Shown here: piece after piece, positions 26,961 to 40,900 of the stretch
How the letters are laid out: each line of letters starts with the position of its first letter
Numbering within the stretch: the first letter of the stretch is position 1
NCBI GenBank assembly: GCA_951406725.2
Contig: OX597815.1
Coordinates: 5,890,001-5,954,000, forward strand
Direction: 5' to 3'
Length of the DNA stretch: 64,000 nt
Source of the DNA: Octopus vulgaris
Taxonomy: Eukaryota
The notes under the pieces: generated by a model
Seen by the model: only the letters and a program-made list of their open reading frames with translations
Told to the model about the DNA's origin: nothing
The model's database searches: none
Program-made: the position numbers and the translations under genes

Positions 26961-27142
26961 ATTAGAGGGAAACCACTATGTGGACACCCTTGTGCTAGAA
27001 ATAGATCCGCTATGGTCTTACCACTAAGAAATGTTCTCAAGAAAAATTTAGTTTTGGTTGTTTTGCTAAATTTTTATTAGTGGTAAGACCATAGCGGATC
27101 TATTTCTAGCATAAGGGTGTCCACATAGTGTTTTCCTCTAAT
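26961..27142. mobile_element. Fold-back repeat with ~66-bp inverted arms in a (TA)n tract; related copies at 53819-53962 and 26312-26447
   Basis: Arms 26961-27027 and 27077-27142 (ccactatgtggacaccctt.tgctagaaatagatccgctatggtcttaccact). Confidence 0.8.
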
Positions 27143-27257
27143 ATGTATATATATATATACACATATATATATATACACATATTTATATATATATATACAC
27201 ATATATATATACACATATATATATACACATATTTATATATATATATATACACATATT

Positions 27258-27398
<141 letters not shown>

Positions 27399-28329
27399 GT
27401 ATATATATATTATCCTATATTATATTGCATATTTTCCCTGAAAATATACTCGCGTATATATATTTATACACACGCATTGTAAGAGAGGCTAGCTTAATCC
27501 GTCTCCCTGTCTAACACCTCCACCACTTCCGCCGCCGCCGCCGTCTCTGCCCGTCTCTGGGTGTCTTTGGCAGGATCCATCCATTCTGTTTCATAGAAGA
27601 TCTCCGAATTGATGGCAGAATCGTTAGCACGCCGGCCGGAACGCTTAGCAGTATTTTGTCTGTCTTTGTGTTCTGAGTTCAAATTCCGCCGAGGTCGACT
27701 TTGCCGTTTATTCTTTCGGGGGTCGATAAGTTAAGTACCAGTTATGCACTGGGGTCGATATAATCGATTTGATCCGTTTGTCTGTCCTTGTTTGTCCCCT
27801 CTGTGTTTAGCCCCTTGTGGGTAGTAAAGAAATAGGTATTTCGTCTCTTTTTACGTTCTGAGTTCAAATTCTGCCGAGGTCGACTTTGCCTTTCATCCTT
27901 TCGGGAGTCGATAAAATTAAGTACCAGTTACGCACTGGGGCTCGATGTAATCGTTTGTCTGTCCTTGTTTGTCCCCTCTGTGTTTAGCCCCCTTGTGGGT
28001 CGTAAAGAAATGGTTAATTCGATCTTGAGTCGCGCTGCTTCGTATTGCAACAAAAACCATGAATGAGGTTTGGGTAGGAGAGTATTGCTTGCTCCTCTCC
28101 CGTTTCCCGCCTCAGGGGACTCGGCGTTACCCTCCCTCGTCAGACGAAGGAACAACGAAAATACAGAAATAAGAGACAAAAGAAGACACTCACACTCAAC
28201 TCCATGCAAACAGGGAGGAGAGTGTGCACTCACACTCGTTTCCCTGGCTTTTTAGCAGGCAACATTACCTTTTTGGCTGATACCGTCATCTCACGCCGTC
28301 TCCTCCCTTTCCTCCGCCTCTCTCCTTCG

Positions 28330-28398
28330 CGCAGTCTTTCCGCTCCTCTTCCTTCCTCCCACTCCTCCTCACGTTGATTCTATTTTTACATAACTCAG
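28330..28398 (+). other. Candidate non-coding first exon 1b within a CpG-rich promoter-like region (~28020-28520)
   Basis: Inr-like gcAgtc near 28333; pyrimidine-rich ATG-free leader; strong donor cag|GTAAGC with GT at 28399; YY1-like aacgATGGCtgc near 28483. Confidence 0.6.
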
Positions 28399-28755
28399 GT
28401 AAGCGTCGCTCACAGTTTAAGGTGTCGGAACCGGATCGGGGGGAGGCGGTGGAAACGATAGCAAAGCTTTAAGTTTCTGGAGAACGATGGCTGCGGCCTT
28501 CCTTCAAGCTTGCTCCCTCCCTCACTTTATCCCCCCCATCTCTCTCCATCCTTCTCTCTCTCTCCCTCTCTCTCGTGGTTTTTAGAGATTAACGGTGTGT
28601 AGAAAAGACGAGATAAGAACGTGAAGAATAAAGAAACGGATAATTAAATTAAGAGAGAGAGCTTGATGAAGGAAATATTTGTCTAAACATGGCCAATAGC
28701 CACAGTTAATCAGAGCGGAGTGTTACGTTGGAAGAGATGATATGAAAGATGTATG

Positions 28756-28797
<42 letters not shown>

Positions 28798-30942
28798 TAT
28801 ATAGTTAATCCAAACATGAAAACACAAAGAGAAAACACAACAACGCGAGGACGTGGGAACAAATATAGTATTATTGGACGCTCAGGAAAGAAGGAGGGTT
28901 TAACGTTTCGAGCGGAGCTCTTCGTCGGAATCATAGGAGAAGGAAAGATCCAGAGAATGGAAGACAGAGGAAAAAAAATCGCCAACGGTACACACGCGGT
29001 CACGTATATATATACATGTGCGTGTGTATGTGTGTAATTCTCTTTTACTTGTTTCAGTAATTTGACTGCGGCCATGCTGGAGCACAGCCTTTAGTTGAGC
29101 AAATCGCCCCCAGGACTTATTCTTTGTAAGCCTAGTACTTATTCTATCGGTCTCCCTTTTGCCGAACCGCTAAGTTACGGGGACGTAAACACACCAGCAT
29201 CGGTTGTAAAGCGATGTTGGGGGGGGCAAACACAGATACACAAACATACACACACATATATATGGCGGGCTTTCAGTTTCCATCTACCAAATTCACTCAC
29301 AAGGCTTTGGTCGGCCCGAGGCTATAGCAGAAGACACTTGCCCAAGGTGCCACGCAGTGGAACTGAACCCGGAACCATGTGGTTAGTAAGCAAGCTACTT
29401 ACAACACAGCATATATATAAAATATGTATGTATATTTGTGCGCACGTGAAGGCGTGTGGCTTAATGGTTAGAGTGTTCAACTCATGATGTAAGGTCGTGG
29501 GTTCGATTCCCCAATCGGACTGTGTCCTTGAGCAAGTCACTCTATTACATTTTATTTCACGTTGCTCCACTCCACTCAGCTGGCAATAATGAGTCGTACC
29601 AGTAATTCACAAGGGGCCAACCTTGTCGCATTCTGTGTCACACTGAATCTCCCTGAGAACTACAAAAAGAGTACACGCGCCTGTGGACTACTCAGCCACT
29701 TTCACAAGTATGGCTGTTCTGTTGATCAGATCACCTGGAACACTGACAGATCGCCGACAATCGGTGTTGGTTTGTTTATGTCCCCGTTACCTAGCGGTTC
29801 AGCAAAAAGAACAAAAGAGTAAGTACCGGTCTTAAAAAACCACTGGGGTTGTTTTGTTCAGTTAAACTCTTTTCAAAGCAGTTTGTTTGGATATAAAAAA
29901 GGAACTTAACAAATAATGGAATGGTGGGTTACTCAATACATATTAACTTTTACAAGCTTATGTCAATGTATGTATGTATGTATATATATATATGTATGTA
30001 TATATATATGTATGCATATATATGTATGTATGTATATATATGTATATATGTGTATGTATGTATATATGTGTATGTATGTATATATGTGTATGTATATATA
30101 TATATATGTATGTGTATGTATATATATGTATATATATATATGTATGCATATATATATATGTATGTATATGTATGTATGCATATGTATATATGTATATGTA
30201 TGTATATGTGTATATATAGATATGAATGTATGTATATATATATGTATGTATATATATGTATGCATATATATGTATGTATATGTATATTATGTATATATAT
30301 GTATGTTTATATGTATATATATTTTTTTCAAAGTATCCTTCCTCAAGCTAACGTGGAATGAGAACTTCTTATGATAGCATGAAATTGTAATATTGTCACT
30401 AACCTCTTAGTCATAATTAGCAAAAGTGAAACCGGTTGATTCATTCTATTATATATATATATATATACTGTTGTGTCTGGGGAAAGTCATTCTCTTTTGG
30501 TACTTTATAATTTAACACACTCACCGGTAAAATTTCCATGCATTTTCCTCCTTTTCATATTTTCCATAACAATTCACCACATGAAAAAAATTTTATGGCC
30601 CCCTTTCAGAGTGTGTGTGTATTATTGGTTATATCATATAACTGATCAAACCGTTACCATCAGTTTCATGCTGACTCTTTTAGACTATTTTTTTGACTTA
30701 TAGACAACTAAACTCTTAATTAGTGTGTGCATATGTTAATTTGTAGCATGGTTGCTGTTAACTCTATTTTCACTTATTAATTCATTTATCATGAATGTTT
30801 AAACATGTTTGATTAACCACAGTTAATTAGGGTAAATGCCACATGTATCTACAATAGTGGTAACAAGGGGGACATTTTCTAAGGACCAAATCCTTTCAAG
30901 CTGGACTTTACAATGTCACCATCATCATTTTTACATTCACTT

Positions 30943-31142
30943 CTCCATGTTCATATGGGCTCCATGTTCAGAGGCGCTCCATGTTCATATGGGCTTCATG
31001 TTCATAGGGCTCTATGTTCGTAGAGGCCCCATGTTCATAGGGGCTCCATGTTCATAGAGGCTCCATGTTCGTAGGGGTTCCGTGTTCATAGGAGCTCCAT
31101 GTTCATAGGGTCTCCATGTTCGTAGGGGCTCCATGTTCATAT
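30943..31142. repeat. Minisatellite, about 10 copies of a 20-21-bp unit (ctccatgttcatagggg)
   Basis: Seen directly. Confidence 0.9.
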
Positions 31143-31372
31143 GGATTGGGTGGGATTTGCTGAGGCAGATTTTCTTTGGCCGGATATCACCAACCTTCAC
31201 CCGTTTTCAACCAAGGTAATATTTGGTGATATCTGATAATATTTCCTCAAAGCTGAACATGTTTTCACAGAAGACTGGAAATGAAGGACCTGCTTGTATG
31301 ACAGTGAGGCTCATTTACTACTGACATGCAATGTCAGAGCAAGAAAACTGTAATACATACACACACACATTT

Positions 31373-32173
31373 CAGGGCATCATCATCATCAAAGGAGAAG
31401 AATGCATTTTTGTAAAAGCATCGGCAGGTACTCTACTAAAAGGGTGACAATCTGTGCTGGGTTAACCATTTAGCAAAATAAGTACATGCTTAAGGCATCA
31501 AGAGAAGAAGAGCACCCTAGAAATGGTAAATGGTTTATGGCACAAAAGAAATCACTTCAAACTTGCTGCTAAGTTTAGAAGCAGGTGTGTTATATAAGAT
31601 TAATTTTGAAGATCTGATCGAAGTCTTTGTAATTATAAAAGGTAAGAGAAAAGTTTCGAATACAAATAAAGTGGAATTATACAAAAATAAACATTATTTT
31701 CCATATTTTTGTTAGTTTTGTTTAATTTTGAAAAATGCAAATTTATTTTATGTTTATTATTGTTTATATTTTCAATTACATGTATATGAGGGGACACCAA
31801 AATCTTTTAAGTGCTTAGGGCCCCTATGGGCAACGGTGCGCTGGCCAGGTTGCCAGCTTGCCTGATGGCAAGGGGACCTCTGCGCCATTAGAATCCCTAT
31901 ATGGGTGGGGGGGCATGTTAGTATCTAAGGGGCCCATGCCCACAAGTTTGAGAAATTTGTATTCCCTCCTGGAAGAATGCATTAATTATTTCAGCCTGGC
32001 TGTGTTTGTAGACAATTGAAAAGAATACTTTTAACAAAAAAAATAATCAAATGATAGCATGGTAGTTGTGGGGTGGGGCCCCTTGTAGTTGCAGGTGGGC
32101 CCCCTTCGTCTCCTAGCAACCAATATTTTTAGACCCAGTCCACCACTGCCTATGGGTCTTAATCCTGATCCTG
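31373..32173 (+). mobile_element. hAT transposon remnant with a nested hAT MITE (31831-32148)
   Basis: LLLSLEAGVLYKINFEDLIEVF...KRKV resembles the hAT transposase C-terminus; nested element has TIRs caacggtgcgctgg/ccagtccaccactg and a perfect 8-bp TSD cctatggg (31823-31830, 32149-32156). Confidence 0.75.
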
Positions 32174-34472
32174 TGTGACAGTAATAATAGAGTGACCGAC
32201 TGAATGCATTTACCTTGTTGGTTCAATCCTACCCATATACAGGCCTTGTCTTTTACTCCTCCAGGGTCAATGAAACCACAACCATTGAAATAGAGAGAGA
32301 GATTAAAACCTTCAGCTCCTCAACAAATCCACAGTTTTGTGCAAAACTTTGAAATCATTATTTCACACTCGTTAATGCAACCACTTTCAAATTTGTTCTA
32401 TAAAAGTGTCCTCGAGATCAATATCAAAGATCAATAATTTACAGAATTCATACAAATTAATCAATGTTGGTTTGTATGTCTGATGCTTATTTACAACTTG
32501 GCCGTAAACCTTACTGGGAAGATTAACCCTTTCGTTACTGTATTTCTGTTGAGATGCTCTATGTTTCTTTCAATTACTTTAAATATAACAAAGAATTTAG
32601 TAAAATAACTTAGTTGTCATTCAGCTAGTGTTAGGAACATAAATTGTGACTAAGGTTTGGTGGAAGATTTTAATTCAAAACTTATGAAAACAAGACGCTT
32701 GTACTACAGAGTCAGAGGCAATTTCAGCCGGGTTGGTATCAAAAGTAGTAAGCTGCTGAAATGCGATTCCACATGCAGCTGCAATCACTAATGTTTCTCG
32801 CAATTATATCTCGCTCTGCAAAATGGTTTCCGTGGAGGAATTATGCTTAAACCTAGATTGTACATCATAAAACAATGGCTGTTTGTTAGCATACAAGTAT
32901 ACAGCAGTTGAAGATTGTGTTGGATGTGAATTCTGGTAAAGAAGCTGGTAGATGGATAGACAGACAGACCGACACATAGATATGCATCTTAATTTGTGTG
33001 TGTGTGCGTGTGCATACATGCATGTATATATATATATATAATGCAAACACCAAAGTAATTCACGAGAATGTTCTATCATTTTCCAAGTACAAACAACATT
33101 TGTTTACACCCATTAAATGTATATGTAAATAAATTACTTCAAGCCATTTCACATTATGCTGTAAAAACAAACAGTTTAGCCAATAAGTTTTCATAAAGAT
33201 TGATTTCTTCATCATATTTCGATCGTGATGAAAATGGACTCATTGTCCTGGTACCATCACACAAACAAGCATGGCTTTGAAAGATGGAACGTTTTCCATT
33301 TTCTTCCCTTTCTGTCTTCTTGTGCAGAACATAATTGTTGTCATGTTTACTAATTATTAATTGCTGCCGTTTGTACAGTTTAAAAGAGAAGAAGCTTTAT
33401 TCTCTGAATATTACTAAGACAATAGAATTGACAGCAGTGACTAGGAAATGGAAAACCATTAGTTTATGGCAGTGATTCTCAGCCAGGGTTCAGTCCCACT
33501 GCATGGCACATTGGGCAAGTGTCTTCTATTATAGCCTCAAGGTGACCAAAGCCTTGTGAATGGATTTGGTAGACGGAAACTGAAAGTTGAAGTAAATTAA
33601 CCAGAAGTGATAATCATGACATCCCTTAATCTCCTGTAAACAATCTATGTAACATAACCCATAATTCAACAGGAACAATGCTGTCACTTCCTGTCAGTTC
33701 TTTCATAGTAGATTTCATTGCTCGTATATAGCTGTAGTGGCTGTCATGCATTGACATACAAGCCACTGAATTGCCTCCTCAATTGTGTTGTTCATTGCTG
33801 GGGTATAGAAGGTTTGGGATGGGGTACTTCCGCTGCTGTTTCTCAAATACTTAAGCTATCACTGGAAGGTAAAGCTATAGACAAATAGGTACCTGAAGAT
33901 ACAGTATAATGAGGAAGTTCTGTTAATGAAATTAAAGGATTTCTTCAATTCTCTTTTGGTGATTCTGCTAAAATCGTTAAGAGTAACAGAAAATTAAGAA
34001 ATCTTTGATTTAATGCTTCACAGAAAACACAAGAATGGAATTATTCTGTGGCACCAAATAAACACTCAATGTAGAATCCCAGTGATCCCTTCCAGTCAAT
34101 TTACTTTCATTTTTTTAGACCCCTAAAGTGCATTTTAACATAGAATAATATTAGTTTCAAATTTTATCTTTTTGGTATTTCTCTGGGATCCCAATCAAAT
34201 AAAGGGAATCAAACTAATTGATTTGACCCTTCCACACACACACACACACACACACCTTTCCAATTTGTTGGTAATTGATTTATAATAAAGAAGGGTCTCG
34301 CCTGGGGCCAGCGATTTCAGGGAAGCAGTTAAGTCAATTACATCAACCTCAGTGCATAACTGGTACTTATTTTATTGTCCCCGAAAAGATGAACGGTTAA
34401 GTCAGCTTCAGTGGAATTTGAACTCAGAATGTGAAGATAATGGAAATGCCACAAAGTACTTTGTCTGATGTG

Positions 34473-34627
34473 CAGGGCTGGCTCAGGGTACCGGCAACTC
34501 AGGATGTCAAGGTACCGGCAACTTGAGCTGTCAGTTTTTTTCCTTGTGAAAGTTTTTAAAAATTATATTTGTAAGGGTGCTGAAATTCAGCTTGCCCAGG
34601 GCACCAGCAACCCTAGGGGCAGCCCTG
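34473..34627. mobile_element. Short hAT-like MITE
   Basis: TIRs cagggctg/cagccctg. Confidence 0.55.
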
Positions 34628-34639
34628 ATGTATATATGT

Positions 34640-34960
34640 ATCATCATCATTTAACATCCGTTTTCCATGCTCTCGTGGGTTGGACTAAGGACTGGCAAAC
34701 CAGGAGGCTGCACTAGGCTTCAATCTGATCTGGCAGTGTTTCTACAGCTGGACGCCCTTTCTACTGCCAACCACTCTATGAGGAGTGTAGTGGGTGCTTT
34801 TTACATGCCACCTGCACAGGTGCCAGGCGAGGCTGGCAATGGCCACGGTCGGATTGGTGTATTTTATGTGCCACCGGCACGGAAGCCAGTCGAGGCGGTG
34901 CTGGCATCGGCCACGAGTCGGATAGTGCTTTTTACGTACCACCAGACCAGGGATCCTGGC
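34640..34960 (-). mobile_element. RTE-related 3'-end repeat with (ATG)n tail (family C)
   Basis: Shared block gagtggttggcgttaggaagggcatccagctgtagaaac...ggacgttaaacgatgatg; copies at about 35565-35750, 36575-36815, 40345-40930, 48095-48285, 52575-52900, 54965-55262 and 59185-59550; contiguous with the RTE RT relic at 52.5 kb. Confidence 0.75.
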
Positions 34961-35930
34961 TGGTTCACAGATATTTCATCTTTGCCCCCAATATGTCAAC
35001 TCTTACTTAGCAACATTTCAAATTGTGACCTGCACTCTAAGATGAGTGTTACTCATGCAAGCTGTACTTGAAGATGAGTCCGACTTGAGCTTCATTCATG
35101 GAGTGATACAGGGATATAGTTTGTATCATCCTGCAAGACAACGCGGCATTTTCTGGCATTTAGAAGAGTCGTGATGGTGCCCTGCTGTGACCAGAACCAA
35201 CGAAACATAGAAATGGGTCTTTTGACATAAAGCATCAACAAAATTCTTACAAATCCTTAATTTTATATATATATATATTTTTTTTTTTTTTGACGTTTTG
35301 ACAATCATAATCTTATCTATGTCAGGTACTACACCTGGAATTTTGTGTGGGAAAAGTATATCTATAATTCTGTGTGAGTGTGTGTGTGTGTCTGTGTGTA
35401 TGTATCTCTCATGTATATTAGTATATGTGTGTGTGCTTACTCACACATCCATATACACATACATACACATATACACACATACATATATACACACACACAT
35501 ACATATATGTGCATATATATATATATATACATACAGCTATAAACACATATATACAAATGCATATCATCATCATCATCATCATCATTTAACGTCCGATTTC
35601 CATGGTAGCATGGGTTGGACGGTTCAACTGGGGTCTGTGAAGCCTGAAGGCTGCTTCAGACCCAGTCTGATCTGGCAGTGTTTCTATGGCTGGATGCCCT
35701 TCCTAACACCAACCACTCCGTGAGTGTAGTGGGTGCTTTTTACGTGCCATATATATATATCTACACATACATTTACATATATATATATATATGTATATGT
35801 ATATATATGCATATATATACAAAGTAAGATAGGGGTTATGGGTGTAACCCACTGTGGGATATAATCTAACATTATAATATCCGTAGTTGATGAACAAACT
35901 AAATTTGTTTCTCCATTTTCTTATTTGTAT

Positions 35931-35974
<44 letters not shown>

Positions 35975-36834
35975 TGTGTGTGTATGTATGAATATATGTA
36001 TGTCTATGTATATAGTTATTATCAACAAGTCTCTGCTGACGTCATCGTGACACGCCCGACCCTCACCATTCCACTTATCAAAGACTTCTGTCAGAGGTTA
36101 AAGATTGCTGATCTGTTTAATTCAACTTCGGTCAAAACTGACAGAACCAGCAGATGCTGTCTGATTGCAAAGCTCCTTTTCATAAGAATCTGATTAAGGT
36201 TTGTCAGCAAAATAAATCTGCTTCCAACCAATATCTGGCGACACCAAACATTCTTCGTCTGTCTCAGCCTTTTTGTTTATCGTCATACTATGTTCGTTGT
36301 TGTTCTTGGAATTGTTCAGCCAAAGTCTGGAGGAAGCAATCATTTTGTTCCATGGTTAAGAAATTTGCTTTGCAACCATGTGACTCTGGGTTCAATTCCA
36401 CTGCATGGCACCTTGGATAAGTGTGTTCTATTATATCCATGGTCTGACAAATTCCTTGTGAATGAATTTGGAAGCCCACTGAGTGTGTGTGTATGTATGT
36501 GTGTATATATATGTATGTGTGTGTGTATGTGCATGTATGTTTGTGTGTGTGTATATATATATATATGTTGGTGTGTAAAAAGCACCCACTGATCGTGGCT
36601 GTTGCCAGCCTCCTCTGGCCCCTGTGCCAGTGGAACATAAAAAGCACCCACTACACTCACGGAGTGGTTGGCGTTAGGAAGGGCATCCAGCTGTAGAAAC
36701 ACTGCCAGATCAGACTGGAGCCCGGTGCAGCCTTCTGGCTTGCCAGACCCTAGTCAAACCGTCCAACCCATGCTAGCATAGAAAACAGACATTAAACGAT
36801 GATGATGATGATGATATTGCCATGATTGACTGCT

Positions 36835-37012
36835 AACTCCAAAAGCTTTTTTTATTCTGTCTCTGTTTATTTTCTCATGTTCCTTTCTGTTGAAGAGCAC
36901 AGGCTCAAAATGTAAAAGACTTTCTCACTTTCCCGAGTGTCAAACTAATACACCTGCTTGTTGTTTACACACCCGTCTTCGTCTTTTGTTTTTCTGTAAA
37001 TTTCAACTATAT
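36835..37012 (+). mobile_element. Decayed hammerhead-bearing element ending in (TA)n, related to the 10355/28800 family
   Basis: 36883-36918 reads cttt-CTGtTGA-a-gagc-acag-gctc-aAAAtGTA-aaag; shares ttcc.gag.gtc...taatac and terminal aactatata with that family. Confidence 0.5.
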
Positions 37013-37762
37013 ATATTTATATATATATATATATATATTCCCTTAAGTCTAGTGCTTATTCTATCAGACTCTTAGACTGAACTGCTAAGTCATGGGTACA
37101 GAGACAAACCAACTCCAGTTGTCAAGCAAAGGCAGTTGGGGTGACAAACACAGACACAGTGACACATATACAGATAGACGTGTATGTATACATATATCTT
37201 AAGATATATATATTTATACATATTTGTGTGTGTGTGTGAAGGTGACATGGCTTAGTGGTTAGGGTATTGCACTCACGATTGCGTGATCGTGGGTTCAATT
37301 CCCCAGACCGGGCGTTGTGTTGTGTTCTTAAGCAAAGCGATGATTTCGACATCTGACATGTGGCACCCAGTTGCACCTGTACAGGTAATGTCGATCTGAT
37401 GGAGGGGGTGAGCTTATGTCTAACACAAACATTTGATCCCTATAAACAAATCATCCCCTTTTTCCTTCTGAATCTCTGTGCGTAACCGTGAGATTTACCT
37501 CTGAATCTAGCATTCATATTAGATAACATTAACAACACATTGCTCAAATTTATTAAGCATGTCTCTCTCTCTCTCTTTCACTCACTCTCTCTCTCTCTCA
37601 CTTTCTCTCTCTCACTCTCGTCTCCTCCCCACCATCGCTTGACAACCAGATTTGTTTTGCTTGTGTTTCCATTTTGGCACAAAAGACCAATAAAAAAAAG
37701 TACCGGAGATTATTTACATTATTTACATTTGACGGATATTTGTCCTCATCTTGTTTGTTGTT

Positions 37763-37808
37763 AACACAACGTTTCAGCTGATATACCCTCCAGCCTTCAT
37801 CAGGTGTC
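37763..37808 (-). ncRNA. Minimal type I hammerhead motif within a ~145-bp repeat (37708-37855)
   Basis: Minus strand reads gacac-CTGATGA-aggctg-gagggtatat-cagct-GAAACGTT-gtgtt; terminal fragments of the same repeat at 38303-38342 and as a small fold-back at 41391-41478. Confidence 0.7.
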
Positions 37809-37855
37809 TTGAGGAAATTTCGAACCTGGGTTCTCATACCTAGGGTATTTTTTGA

Positions 37856-37960
37856 TATGGCATATTGGTTAAGAATGCAGGCTACAAACCCCAAGATTCC
37901 AAGTTCGATTCCAAGCAGTGACCTGAATAATAATAACAATAATAATAATAATAATAATAA
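37856..37960 (+). mobile_element. Very short tRNA-like SINE with (AAT)n tail; second copy at ~51801-51882(-)
   Basis: A-box-like tggcgtagtggttaag and B-box-like gttcgattcc followed by tgaataataat. Confidence 0.65.
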
Positions 37961-40900
37961 TATATATTTCTTTACTACCCAAAAGGGGCTAAACACAGAG
38001 GGGACAAACAAGGACAGACAAACGGATTAAGTCGATTACATCGACCCCCACAAGTATAGGTGTAGCATGTTTGCTGCGAAAAAAAGATATTCACTATTCC
38101 ATGCCCCACTAAAAAAGAAAGGAAAATATGTTGATCCCATACCCCACCACAATTTTTGCAAGGATTTTTTGACTTGGAAAATTTTCAAATTTCAATTATA
38201 TCTTTGATTTCATTCCATAATTAAGTTTGTTTACCTCTTGATGTAAAGGTAAAAGTGTTAATTATGACACCTATGTTTGAAGTGACAATTGTATAACAAA
38301 GATCAAGATGAGGAGAAATATCCGTCAAATGTAAATGATGTATTTGGACCCATTAAGTAAATTTCATTCCCACACCTTGCACAAACAGATAGAAAGAGGG
38401 CAGGAGAGAGGGAGAGAGTCATTAAATTTATTAATTGAACATAATTGGGATAAATGCTTTCCCTCTCCTCATAAAGAGAAATATACCCACACACATAAAC
38501 AGAGAGAGAGAGAGAGTGACTGAGGTGGGTGGGGGAGGAAGAGAAGTAGAGAAACATTTAATGTCAAATAAGTCAGCATTGAATCAGTGACGTGAAATAT
38601 GGTGTTGTGAAATGGCTGGGCCAAAATGTCTCCTGTGAATTTGAGGGAACCTGGGGAGGCAGGGGCGAGCTCTGAGTTTTTTTTTTGTGTGTTGGTTGAC
38701 TTAAAGGGCGGCGAGCCGGCAGAAACGTTAGCACGCCGGGCGAAATGCGTGGCCGTATTTCGCCTGCCGTTACGTTCTGAGTTCAAATTCCACCGAGGTC
38801 GACTTTGCCTTTCATCCTTTCGGGGTCGATAACTTAGGTACCAGTTATGCACTGGGGTCGATGCAATCGACTTAATCTGTTTGTCTGTCCTTGTTTGTCC
38901 TCTCTGCGTTTAGCCCCTTGTGGGTAGTAAAGAAATAGGTATACCGCCTGTCTTTACATTCCGGTGCTCAAATTCCGGCGAGGTCGACTTTGCCTTTCAT
39001 CCTTTCGGGGTCGATATTTTAGGTACCAGTTACACACTGGGGTCGATGTAATCGACTTAATCCGTTTGTCTGTCCTTGTTTGTCCCCTCTGTGTTTCGCC
39101 CCTCATGGACAATAAAGAAATTAAAGGTTCGCAACAGCAGCCTTGTAAAGCCATGGGATGGTGTTAAGACAGAACATGAGTTGATTTATCTTTTCTTGCC
39201 ACTAAGTCCATTGCATTCCATATGAAAGAGTATTTGCATGTGTGTCTTCACACACACAGATGGGTTGGAAACATAATGCAATGTATTAAGATGTTAAAAA
39301 CAGACAAATAGAACAAAGAGAAACACCCTCCTTGGAGGGGTCAGGCCATACTACGACCCTGGCCATTTTCCATTCCAGTCACTTCCACTTCCAGGGAATC
39401 TTTTCTCTTTTACTTGTTTCAGTCATTTGACTGTGGCCATGCTGGAGCACCGCCTTTAGTCGAGCAAATCGACCCCAGGACTTATTCTTTGTAAGCCCAG
39501 TACTTATTCTATCGGTCTCATTTTGCCAAACTGCTAAGTTACAGGGGACGTAAACACACCAGCATCGGTTGTCAAGCAATGTTGGAGAGACAAACACAGA
39601 CACACAAACACAAACACACATATACGTATACATATATAAGATGGGCTTCTTTCAGTTTCCGTCTACCAAATCCACTCACAAGGCTTTAGTCGGCCCGAGG
39701 TTATAGTAGAAGACACTTGACCAAGGTGCCAAGCAGTGGGACTGAACCCGGAACCATGTGGTTGGTAAGCAAGCTACTTACCGCACAGCCACTCCTGCAG
39801 TAGTGAACACAATGTCTTCACTGAAGGTTCCCTGAACCAGGTTCTTTGTTTTAAGCTGAACCCAAAAAGGGTCTTATATCCACTAAACTATTGCCGCCCA
39901 TAAATATGGTCTTTATCAAGAGCCTGGTGCCTTCGGTCACTTGGTACTCATCCCTTATTCTCTCGTTCACTCCCAGGTTTATTCTTCTCAATGTTTAGAT
40001 CACACAGGTTGTTGTGCTTTCAATATTCAGAGAACATATTGTGACCACATCATTCTCCAGTTACCTCGTTTCAGATATATACCCACAATGATACTCCGAG
40101 TATCGATCTTTCCATGGCCCTCACTATCATGGCCAATCCTTATTCTTCCTTCTTCATAGATGTCCACATTTCATTTCTGTATAAGAGTGCAAGTAGGATG
40201 GTGCAAGAGAAAAATTTGGCACAGAGAATCTTGTCCAGGTGTGCTATTAGTATTTAATTAATCAAGGCAAACACACCTACCATATTCTTATTCAGCAAGA
40301 AATGTCAGTGTTCATACCTGGAAATATATTCTGCATCCAAAATCAAATTCGATGACTGGCATCCGTGCTAGCGGGGTGCAAAGAGCTCCATATGAGCAGG
40401 ATCGCTGACAGAGCGGCTAACTGGCTTCCGTGCCAGTGACACATAAAAGGGCACCATTCAAGTGTGATCGTTACCAGCGTCGCCCTACAGGCACTCGATC
40501 CCCATGCTAGTAGGGTGCTAAGAGCACCATCCAAGCATGATCGTTGCCAGAGTGGCTTTCTGGCCTCCGTGCCGGTGGCACATGAAAGACACCATTCGAG
40601 TGTGATTGTTACCAGTGTCGCCTTACTGGCACTCAAGTCCCACCTTGATAAAGGTGACACAAAAGTGCTGCTAATCAGCGCTGCCCCGACTGGCCTCCGT
40701 GCCGGTGGCACATAAAAGCACCATCCATTCGTGTCCGTTTCCAGCCTTGTGTGGCACGTAAAAAGCACTCACTACACTCGCGGAGTGGTTGGCATTAGGA
40801 AGGGCATCCAGCTGTAGAAACCTTGACAGATCAGACTGGAGCCTGGTGCAGCCTCCTGGCTTCCCAGACCCCAGTTGAACCATCCAACCCATGCTAGCAT

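Noticed and set aside
30943-31142. CRISPR-like regular repeats
   Set aside because: No unique spacers, eukaryotic context and no cas genes; it is a minisatellite
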